A DNA stretch of 64,000 nucleotides from an uncultured Eubacteriales bacterium (lineage in GTDB: Bacteria > Bacillota > Clostridia > Oscillospirales > Oscillospiraceae): assembly GCA_902475435.1 (NCBI GenBank), contig CABRZL010000001.1, positions 19,817 through 83,816 on the forward strand, written 5' to 3'. The notes beneath the pieces were generated by a model. That model saw nothing but the letters and a program-made list of their open reading frames with translations. It was not told where the DNA came from and did not search any database. Numbering within the stretch: the stretch's first letter is position 1; each line of letters begins with the position of its first letter. Of the stretch, positions 28,380 to 36,021 are shown one piece after another. A program made the position numbers and the translations under genes.

Positions 28380-28850
28380 TTATACTTGGCGCTTACCGCT
28401 GATCTCCTCTACAGTCAGCCGCAGAACGGCCACGTTTTCCAGTGCCTGTTCTGGAACAAAAAACGCCCGTGCCCCGGCATACTGATGAAAAATACATGCA
28501 AGCCCCCGACGTTTCTCTTCTCTATCCTCAACCAGCTCTACCCGGCCGTTTCCCATCACGCTCTCATAGGAATAGGACCAGGTGCACTCAATGCTTCCCT
28601 CCACAACGCCATGGCCCGTGTCCAGACAGAATGCAGCGGTCGAGCATCGCCGGATTAAGTCCAGTTTTTTCCCTTCCTTCGCCGCATGCATATAGAATAT
28701 AAACTGACCGTCATTGCGCAATACTCCAAAATTTAGCGGCACTATGTATGGTTTTTCTTCGTCCATTAGTCCCAAATGAATATAGTCGCAACGGCGGATT
28801 ATGCCCTCTATCTCTGCATTGTCAGTCACTTCACGGTCTTTTCTTCGCAT
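28380..28850 (-). CDS. Pyridoxamine 5'-phosphate oxidase-family flavoprotein (NimA-like)
   Basis: The start is trimmed to MRRKDREVTDNAEIEGIIRRC (GGAGG RBS). The pattern matches a Pyridox_ox_2/Nim-type split-barrel protein of about 156 aa. Confidence 0.75.
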   Translation of the reverse strand: MRRKDREVTDNAEIEGIIRRCDYIHLGLMDEEKPYIVPLNFGVLRNDGQFIFYMHAAKEGKKLDLIRRCSTAAFCLDTGHGVVEGSIECTWSYSYESVMGNGRVELVEDREEKRRGLACIFHQYAGARAFFVPEQALENVAVLRLTVEEISGKRQV

Positions 28851-28865
28851 GTGCAACCTCCTATG

Positions 28866-28900
28866 GAAAAAACCGGGCGACATATGCCGCCCGGTTTTTG
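28866..28900 (-). terminator. Terminator after flavodoxin-like gene
   Basis: AACCGGGCG-loop-CGCCCGGTT with A/T-run flanks on both strands. Confidence 0.6.
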
Positions 28901-28906
28901 AAAAAC

Positions 28907-29413
28907 TTACTTTGCAAACAGTTCCATAGCCTTCTTGGCAAACCGGGTGCCATAGGTCTGGAACAGCTCTGCCGCTGCTTCTTCCTGGCCTTTGAGGCAA
29001 ATGGGTCCCAGGTGGATAAAGGGCAGGCCCTGGGCCGTACCAGAGGAATATACAACGGTGCCTTTAACCAGCAGTTGGGTCAAAACAGATTGGATGGCAA
29101 TATCGCCGCCACCCTGCAAAAAGTTTGCCGTGGCGTAGGCGCCGCACAGCTTATCCGCCAACTTGCAGGGGCAGGTATCCAGCCAGGTTTTGAGCTGATT
29201 GGCTTCCGCCGCATAATAATCCGGCGTACCTACAATAACTGCATCTGACTCATTCACAAAATTGATATTATCCTCATTATAAGTGGTCAATTCGGTAATC
29301 GGGAACAACCCTACTTCAATATCCGCCGATGCAGCCGCAATCCCTTTCTTGATCTCCTCTGCCATTGCAGCAGTCCGTCCGGTCGATGTAAAATAAACCA
29401 CAGAAATTTTCAA
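28907..29413 (-). CDS. Flavodoxin-like protein
   Basis: KISVVYFTSTGRTAAMAEEI is a flavodoxin FMN-loop pattern. Probable TTG start at 29413, 7 nt after AGAGGAGGT. The ORF track ATG is at 29446. Confidence 0.75.
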   Translation of the reverse strand: MKISVVYFTSTGRTAAMAEEIKKGIAAASADIEVGLFPITELTTYNEDNINFVNESDAVIVGTPDYYAAEANQLKTWLDTCPCKLADKLCGAYATANFLQGGGDIAIQSVLTQLLVKGTVVYSSGTAQGLPFIHLGPICLKGQEEAAAELFQTYGTRFAKKAMELFAK

Positions 29414-29432
29414 AATAAGTACCTCCTCTAAG

Positions 29433-29987
29433 CTATTTGTTTCCAATCAGATTCACAATAAATTCGGCAATCTCATCGGCAGACGCCAGTTCTCCGGTTC
29501 CTTTCCCCCCATAGGCCAACACGCCCTCATGCGGGTCAATGAACTTATACTGGCCCAGATCCTTGAGTTTCTGCATATTTCCCTGCACAATAGGATTTGT
29601 GTACATCGCGTCGTTCATAGCCGGCGCAATGACAACAGGCGCCCGGGTGGCCATAACCGTTGTAGTCAGCATATCATCGGCAATGCCATTGGCAATTTTT
29701 CCAATGACGTTGGCGGTACAAGGGGCAATTAAGAAGCAGTCCGCTTTTCTGGCCAGCGAGATGTGCTCGACATTCCAGACTGCAGGCTCCTTGAACATAT
29801 CCCGGGTGACAATATTCCGAGACAGGGTACGAATGGTCTGCTCCGTAATGAAAGTTTCGGAGTTTTTCGTCATGATGACATCCACATTGGCATGAAGATC
29901 GATCACCAGCTTATTCAGGATCAGACAGGCCTTCCATGCTGCAATGCCGCCCGTAATGCCCATGACAATGTTTTTTCCGGTAAGCAT
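29433..29987 (-). CDS. HFCD-family flavoprotein, phosphopantothenoylcysteine decarboxylase (CoaC)-like, stand-alone
   Basis: Starts at MLTGKNIVMGITGGIAAWKA (GGAGG 9 nt upstream of the ATG at 29987). Contains the PCTANVIGKIANGIADD and PAMN motifs. The longer ORF to 30212 overlaps the deacetylase gene. Confidence 0.8.
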   Translation of the reverse strand: MLTGKNIVMGITGGIAAWKACLILNKLVIDLHANVDVIMTKNSETFITEQTIRTLSRNIVTRDMFKEPAVWNVEHISLARKADCFLIAPCTANVIGKIANGIADDMLTTTVMATRAPVVIAPAMNDAMYTNPIVQGNMQKLKDLGQYKFIDPHEGVLAYGGKGTGELASADEIAEFIVNLIGNK

Positions 29988-30070
29988 TTTGTTCATCCTC
30001 CTATGGGATTTTTTTCTTTCCCAAACATTATAGCATAAAATCCATAAAAGGGAACCTTTTTTTGTCCGTC

Positions 30071-30769
30071 TCAGTGGAAATCCCGGTAAACACATCCCGG
30101 CGTCAGATCTTGGCTGGTTAGGGCCGCCAGTTCGCTGACCGTTACAAAGCAATATCCCTTTGCCTGCATTGCGTCCACAAGCGCCAGCGCCGCCTCCACC
30201 GAACTTTTCCACATATCGTGCATCAGAATTACGTCGCCGTTTCCGGCATTCTGCGCCATGGTGTTTAACACCTTCCCGGAATCCTGACTGGCCCAGTCCC
30301 GGGGATCCACAGACCAGAGAATCACACTCATCTCTTCTTCTTTCGCCGCTTCCAACACCATATCATTATATGCCCCTCCGGGCGGTCTCATGATGGTCGG
30401 CCGTACTCCGGTGGCTTCATAAATTTGCCGGACCGTCTCCTCCATATCCTGGAAGATCTCTTCTTCCGTAAGTTTTGTAAGATCCGTATGGATCGTAGAG
30501 TGAACCCCAACTTCATGTCCCTCGGCAACATACCGCTTCAGTGCAGAAGGATATTGTTCCATGCGGTAACCGCAAAGAAAAAAGGTGGCCCGGGCATCCC
30601 GTTCTAGCAGTCCGTCCAAAAGTTTCTCCGTCATTGCCCCAGAGGGACCGTCATCAAACGTCAACGCCACATATCCCACCGGCTGTACTTCCTGCTCCTC
30701 CGGCTCCTCTGCCCCCGTCGGAATGATAAAGAACAGCACTGCAAACGCCACTATTAGCAATTTTTTCAC
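30071..30769 (-). CDS. Polysaccharide deacetylase (NodB homology, peptidoglycan GlcNAc deacetylase-like)
   Basis: 232-aa ORF with a signal peptide. Contains VALTFDDGPS, HEVGVHS.IH, MRPPGG. Confidence 0.88.
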   Translation of the reverse strand: MKKLLIVAFAVLFFIIPTGAEEPEEQEVQPVGYVALTFDDGPSGAMTEKLLDGLLERDARATFFLCGYRMEQYPSALKRYVAEGHEVGVHSTIHTDLTKLTEEEIFQDMEETVRQIYEATGVRPTIMRPPGGAYNDMVLEAAKEEEMSVILWSVDPRDWASQDSGKVLNTMAQNAGNGDVILMHDMWKSSVEAALALVDAMQAKGYCFVTVSELAALTSQDLTPGCVYRDFH

Positions 30770-30848
30770 GGTCTCACCCCGTTGCCAGCATTACTTTCTC
30801 GGTTTCATGCTGCATTAGCATATGTATCTTTGTAGAATTTATGCGAAA

Positions 30849-30880
30849 TCGCGCCTCTTAAAATCATTTAAGAGGCGCGA
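30849..30880 (-). terminator. Terminator after acidic hypothetical gene
   Basis: GCGCCTCTTAAA-atca-TTTAAGAGGCGC, 4 nt below the stop at 30884. Confidence 0.65.
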
Positions 30881-30883
30881 CAC

Positions 30884-31486
30884 TTAAAACAAAAATCCAT
30901 ATTTCTTTTTATAATCTTCCTCGGGTTTGGGCAAAACCCCCAGTTCCTGCCGCAATTTGTCCAAATCGACATTTTGAATATCTTCACTCATACATGCCTG
31001 GCTCGCGAGCAATCCTCCGCCAGCCATATCTTTTTCCATTCCATACGCACTGGAGGCCATGGTAGCAGTGTAGACCATTTCCGCCAAACAGTGCGCTACA
31101 ATTTCCACTGGTTTGTAATCTCTTGCAGTCTCCTCGTCCACATCAAGCCCCACCAGAACCTCTGCTGGTTTCAGTCCAATTGCATACCCTTCCTCATCTC
31201 CAGGTATAAACCCATAAACCTGAAGCACACCGCCCGGATTCTCAGCTGCTTCTTCCTCTTCATCGTCTGCATCCTCTTCAAAGTAAAACGTCCACGCAGG
31301 AGCTTCTTCCATCACAAACTTAATGGTCATATGGCTGCTATTCTCTTGGGGTTGCACCTGGCTGAGTTCCGCAAAAATATCTTGATATGCCTGCCGATAC
31401 TCTTCTACATCTTTACTCTCCGCAGACAGCAAAGCCCAAACCTCGTCAAACGTCACTTGACTGATAAAATCTTTTAAAATCGCCAA
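30884..31486 (-). CDS. Hypothetical acidic protein (no family recognised)
   Basis: The ORF is open to 31546. GGGAGGA lies 7 nt upstream of the in-frame TTG at 31486. A TTGACA-17-TATGAT promoter (31518-31546) overlaps the upstream ATGs. Contains a DADDEEEEAAE acidic tract. Confidence 0.55.
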   Translation of the reverse strand: MAILKDFISQVTFDEVWALLSAESKDVEEYRQAYQDIFAELSQVQPQENSSHMTIKFVMEEAPAWTFYFEEDADDEEEEAAENPGGVLQVYGFIPGDEEGYAIGLKPAEVLVGLDVDEETARDYKPVEIVAHCLAEMVYTATMASSAYGMEKDMAGGGLLASQACMSEDIQNVDLDKLRQELGVLPKPEEDYKKKYGFLF

Positions 31487-31594
31487 TTCGGGTTCCTCCC
31501 AAAAAAATTCTGTTTCTATCATAGCATGATTTGACCCCGGTGTCAAAATGATGTACTATATAAGTAATATAATTTCCGAGATTTGAGGAATACG

Positions 31595-33022
31595 ATGCTG
31601 CTTTTTGTGATATTTTCTATCATTGTGTTATTTTTTATTTTTATACTTTGGATCCGCGCCTGGAAATTTCAGCCGTCAAATCCTCCAAGCATCCGCGCAG
31701 AAGATCTTCCAATCAACGGCCCTGCCGCAGTAGAACATCTACAGCGTATGATCCGCTGCCGTACAATCTCCGCCCCGGAACTCCGTGACGAGAATGAATT
31801 TAAGTCGTTCCGTTCTCTGCTGCCGGAATGCTATCCTACTGTGTTCGCCTCCTGTACCGCGGAGCATATTGACACCACTGGTCTGCTGATCCATTGGAAG
31901 GGACACCAGAACGACAATCCAGCGGTCTTTCTTGCGCATTACGACGTAGTTCCCGCCGACGAAAGCGCCTGGAAAAAACCTCCCTTTGAAGGTATTTTGG
32001 AACACGGCATTCTCTGGGGCCGGGGAACCTTGGATATGAAGAATCAGCTATGCGGCATTCTGGAAGCCATGGAATACCTGATCTCCAGCGGTTTTACCCC
32101 AAAGCGGGATATCTACGTCGCCCTATCCGGCGAAGAGGAGATCATGGGTTCCACCGCAAAATCCATTCGGGATGTATTCGTATCCCGCGGCATAACACCT
32201 GCATTTGTGCTGGACGAAGGCGGTGACATTATGGACGGCTTTTTCCCCGGCACATCGGTCACCTGCGCGATGGTGGGCATAGGGGAAAAGGGCATAGCAA
32301 ATCTCTCTTTCACCGCCAAAAGCGCCGGAGGACATGCTTCCGTTCCCATGGCGGACAACCCAATTCCTCGTCTCTGCCGGGCAATGGACCGCATTCGGCG
32401 CCATTCATTTCCCCAACGTTCTGGTCCGGCACTGGAACATCTCGTGGACACCATGGGCCGTTATTGTAAATTTTCTACTCGGATACTGCTTGCAAACCGA
32501 GATATTCTGCGTCCCTTTTATTTTCGTTGGCTTCGCCGTACCGGCGGGATGATCGGCGCCGCCTCCTGCACCACCTTGGTTCTGACACAGATTTGTGGAG
32601 GCAATGCGAAAAATGTGATTCCCACAGAGGCCAGCATGAACGCCAACGTGCGTCTGCTCTGGGGAGATACTACAACCTCCGTCCTTGCCCGGCTGCAAAA
32701 AATTATCCACGATCCGGGGGTGGAAATTTCAGTGAACGCTGTAGTCGAACCTCGGCCTGATTCAACGATGACCCAGGGATGGGATATCCTTCGGGCGTCT
32801 ATTCTGGCCACCTGGCCAGAGGCCGTGGTAACGCCCTACCCTATGATTGCCTGTACTGACTCACGGCACTGGCGGGATATCTGCCCCAATGTCTTCCGAT
32901 TTTCGGCCAAGCAGGTAACCAGTGCAGAAAAGGCCACGGTCCATGGCAATAATGAACGGATCCGAATTGAAAACACAGTCAACGCCGTCAAATTTTTTGT
33001 ACGGCTGATGAGGAACTGCTGA
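31595..33022 (+). CDS. M20 family metallopeptidase with N-terminal membrane anchor
   Basis: Contains HYDVVPADESAW, GRGTLDMKN, SGEEE. Hydrophobic N terminus MLLFVIFSIIVLFFIFILWI. ATG at 31595 preceded by GAGGAA. Confidence 0.85.
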   Translation: MLLFVIFSIIVLFFIFILWIRAWKFQPSNPPSIRAEDLPINGPAAVEHLQRMIRCRTISAPELRDENEFKSFRSLLPECYPTVFASCTAEHIDTTGLLIHWKGHQNDNPAVFLAHYDVVPADESAWKKPPFEGILEHGILWGRGTLDMKNQLCGILEAMEYLISSGFTPKRDIYVALSGEEEIMGSTAKSIRDVFVSRGITPAFVLDEGGDIMDGFFPGTSVTCAMVGIGEKGIANLSFTAKSAGGHASVPMADNPIPRLCRAMDRIRRHSFPQRSGPALEHLVDTMGRYCKFSTRILLANRDILRPFYFRWLRRTGGMIGAASCTTLVLTQICGGNAKNVIPTEASMNANVRLLWGDTTTSVLARLQKIIHDPGVEISVNAVVEPRPDSTMTQGWDILRASILATWPEAVVTPYPMIACTDSRHWRDICPNVFRFSAKQVTSAEKATVHGNNERIRIENTVNAVKFFVRLMRNC

Positions 33023-33858
33023 TGGAAGAAAATATTTTGCGATGTCCCGTTTGCGGCCGGGGACTGCAATGGGCCGGAAATAGCTTGGTGTGTGAACAAC
33101 GTCACTGCTTCGATCGGGCAAGGCAGGGTTACGTCAACCTTCTTTCGGTGTCCCAGAAGCACTCCAAACATCCTGGAGATACCCGAAAAATGGTGGCTGC
33201 TCGCAAATCATTTTTAGATCAGGGCTATTATACGCCTATTGCGGAAAAAACGGCCGAGTTGGCCACGTCTTTCCTGAAAGATACTCCCAGAATTTTGGAT
33301 GCGGGTTGCGGCGAAGGATATTATCTCAGTTGTCTGAAAGACCGTCTACCCAACAGTCATTGCATTGGCATAGACATATCCAAAGACGCCGTACGCTATG
33401 CCGCTGTCCGGAACAAAGACGTCCTGTGGCTGACTGCTTCGGCTGCGCATTTGCCGGTGATGAACGAATCCATGGACCTGGTGCTCAGTATGTTTTCACT
33501 GTCGGTTCCAGACGAATTTTTCAGGGTGCTGAAACCCGGCGGTTACTACTTGGAAATTACCGCAGGCCGGGAACACCTCATGGGTTTGAAATCTCTGATC
33601 TATCCTCAGATTGTCGAAAAAGCTGCCAAAACCGCCCCTGAATACTCGGGCTTTCATCGAATTTTAGACGAAACGCTGACGTTTCCCTTGTCTCTCGACA
33701 GCAATCCGGACATTGAACAGCTGCTCTGGATGACACCGCATGTCTGGCGCATCAATCAGGAGGGAGCCCAGCGGGTTAAACAGGCAACACACCTGACCGA
33801 CACCGCTCAGGTCCTGTTTCGGCTGTACAGAAAAGTTGCACAGCCAAATTATGTGTGA
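33022..33858 (+). CDS. rlmA: 23S rRNA (guanine-N1)-methyltransferase RlmA family
   Basis: N-terminal Zn ribbon LRCPVCGRGL...LVCEQRHCFD..RQGYVNLL and a SAM motif ILDAGCGEGYY. Confidence 0.85.
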   Translation: MEENILRCPVCGRGLQWAGNSLVCEQRHCFDRARQGYVNLLSVSQKHSKHPGDTRKMVAARKSFLDQGYYTPIAEKTAELATSFLKDTPRILDAGCGEGYYLSCLKDRLPNSHCIGIDISKDAVRYAAVRNKDVLWLTASAAHLPVMNESMDLVLSMFSLSVPDEFFRVLKPGGYYLEITAGREHLMGLKSLIYPQIVEKAAKTAPEYSGFHRILDETLTFPLSLDSNPDIEQLLWMTPHVWRINQEGAQRVKQATHLTDTAQVLFRLYRKVAQPNYV

Positions 33859-33907
33859 TATGATATTAGTCCTAAACAACATCTGACATCCCCAGGAGTG
33901 AATCGAC

Positions 33908-34990
33908 ATGCTGGATCAATTAAAAGTAGTGGAAAACCGCTATCTGGAGCTAGGCGATATGGTAACTCGTCCGGACTTTTACAATGACCCCAAACAAGCT
34001 GCACGGCTGCTGAAGGAACAGCGGGAGCTAGAACCGGTCGTGCACGCTTATCGCAGATATTTACAGCAAAAACAGACCATTGCCGATCTGTTGGAAATGC
34101 TTTCAGAACCCCAGGAACCGGAGATGCGCGAGTTGTGCCAGGAAGAGCTCAACGAAGCGAAAGCTGCGCTGCCCGGTTTGGAGCAGGAACTAAAGCTCCT
34201 GCTTCTGCCGCGGGATCCCAATGATGGGAAAAACGTAATTTTGGAAATTCGGGCCGGCGTTGGTGGGGAAGAAAGCGCCCTATTCGCGCACTCCCTCTAT
34301 CGGATGTACAGCATGTACGCAGAAAAACGGGGCTGGCGCATGGAAATCACCTCTCTCAATGAAACGGAACTTGGAGGCCTCAAAGAGGTCATCTGTCTGG
34401 TTTCCGGTGCCGACGTATATTCCAGGTTGAAATTTGAAAGCGGCGTTCATCGCGTACAGCGCGTACCGGAGACAGAATCCGGCGGCCGCGTCCACACCTC
34501 CACCGCCACTGTGGTGGTTATGCCGGAAGCGGATGAAGTAGAGGTCAATTTGAATCCCGCAGACATTAAAATGGAGGTATTCCGTTCCTCCGGCGCCGGC
34601 GGTCAGCACATCAATAAAACTTCTTCCGCCGTGCGTTTGATTCATATTCCTACAGGCACCGTTGTGGAGTGCCAGCAGGAACGGAGCCAGGTGCATAACC
34701 GGGAAAAAGCAATGCGCATTCTGTATTCGCGGCTCTATCAGGCACAGCAGGAAGCGCAGGCGGCGGAACTATCTGCCGAAAAGCGGAGCCAGGTGGGCAT
34801 GGGCATGCGAAATGAAAAAATCCGCACTTATAATTTCCCGCAGTCCCGGGTCACAGATCATCGAATTGGCCTGACACTTTATAAAATTGGGGAAATTATG
34901 GATGGGGATCTGGATGAAATTATCGACGCACTGATTACCGCCGATCAGGCCAAACGGCTTCAGCACATTCAGGAGCAGGACAGGCCATGA
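33908..34990 (+). CDS. prfA: Peptide chain release factor 1
   Basis: 360-aa ORF with the GGQ motif (SSGAGGQHINKT) and RVQRVPETE (an RF1-type PxT tripeptide). Confidence 0.95.
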   Translation: MLDQLKVVENRYLELGDMVTRPDFYNDPKQAARLLKEQRELEPVVHAYRRYLQQKQTIADLLEMLSEPQEPEMRELCQEELNEAKAALPGLEQELKLLLLPRDPNDGKNVILEIRAGVGGEESALFAHSLYRMYSMYAEKRGWRMEITSLNETELGGLKEVICLVSGADVYSRLKFESGVHRVQRVPETESGGRVHTSTATVVVMPEADEVEVNLNPADIKMEVFRSSGAGGQHINKTSSAVRLIHIPTGTVVECQQERSQVHNREKAMRILYSRLYQAQQEAQAAELSAEKRSQVGMGMRNEKIRTYNFPQSRVTDHRIGLTLYKIGEIMDGDLDEIIDALITADQAKRLQHIQEQDRP

Positions 34991-36021
34991 AAACAGAGCT
35001 TCTATATGCAGATGCACCAAACACAGTCGCTCAGGCTGCGGAGATCATTCGACGCGGCGGACTTCTTGGTATTCCCACAGAAACCGTCTATGGGCTGGGC
35101 GCCAACGGCCTGGATTCGGACGCAGTGTTAAAGATCTTTCTGGCCAAAGGCCGTCCCCAGGACAATCCGCTGATTCTCCATGTATCCGGGGCTAAGCAGG
35201 TCCCCGCATTCTGCCATGACATCCCTGACAGTGCATGGCATCTCATGCAACAGTTTTGGCCGGGCCCTCTGACGTTGGTGCTCCCCGCCCGGGACACAGT
35301 TCCCCGGCGCACTACAGCCGGCCTTGATACCGTTGGCGTTCGGTGCCCAAACAATGCCATCACCCGTTCCATTATTCAGGCCGCAGGGGTTCCCATTGCC
35401 GCTCCTTCTGCCAACACTTCCGGAAAACCCAGCCCCACCACTGCCCAGCATGTGCTTCATGACATGGACGGCAAAATCGATGCTGTGGTAGACGGAGGAC
35501 CTTGTGCTGTGGGCGTGGAATCCACCATTGTGGATCTCACCGGTCAGCGTCCGCGGCTGCTGCGGCCCGGCGGCATTGGTCCGGAAGCGCTCCGTGCGGT
35601 CCTCGGCGAGCTCGATATTGACAGCGCCGTACTGGGTGAGATTGACCAAGATGCAATTGTACGGGCTCCCGGCATGAAATATACGCATTACACCCCGGCA
35701 GGAGATGTTATCATTGTCACCGGATCCGCCCAAGGCGCTGCCCGCTATATTCTCCGGCATCTGGGTCCACAGGATAGGGTCCTGTGTTTCGCGGAAGAAC
35801 TCCCGCTTTATCCAAAAGGCACCGCATTTTCCTATGGTGAGGAAAGTAAACCTGAGACATTGGCTCAGGGCCTGTTTGCATCGCTGCGGGCGCTGGACAG
35901 CAGCGAAATTAAGACAATCTATGCCCGATGCCCCACAGGCGGTGGTGTAACCTACGCGGTAGCCAATCGCCTGCAAAAAGCGGCGGGGTTTCATACGGTG
36001 AAAGGAGACGACGACCCATGA
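34987..36021 (+). CDS. tsaC: L-threonylcarbamoyladenylate synthase (Sua5/YwlC type, TsaC + Sua5 domain)
   Basis: 344-aa ORF. Contains IPTETVYGLGANGLD, KGRPQDNPLILHV, APSAN.SGKPSPTTA. Confidence 0.92.
   Translation: MKTELLYADAPNTVAQAAEIIRRGGLLGIPTETVYGLGANGLDSDAVLKIFLAKGRPQDNPLILHVSGAKQVPAFCHDIPDSAWHLMQQFWPGPLTLVLPARDTVPRRTTAGLDTVGVRCPNNAITRSIIQAAGVPIAAPSANTSGKPSPTTAQHVLHDMDGKIDAVVDGGPCAVGVESTIVDLTGQRPRLLRPGGIGPEALRAVLGELDIDSAVLGEIDQDAIVRAPGMKYTHYTPAGDVIIVTGSAQGAARYILRHLGPQDRVLCFAEELPLYPKGTAFSYGEESKPETLAQGLFASLRALDSSEIKTIYARCPTGGGVTYAVANRLQKAAGFHTVKGDDDP

Noticed and set aside
29988-30212. 75-codon N-terminal extension of the CoaC-like ORF (Gly-rich MEKFGGGGAGACG...).
   Set aside because: It overlaps the 3' end of the polysaccharide deacetylase gene and carries no homology signal. 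GGAGG is correctly spaced for the ATG at 29987, where the CoaC similarity begins.
35928-36017. N-terminal 30-codon extension of the coaE-M18 ORF (track start 35928).
   Set aside because: The extension lies entirely inside the tsaC coding region in another frame. The ATG at 36018, with its AAAGGAG RBS and ATGA stop/start overlap, is the natural coaE start.
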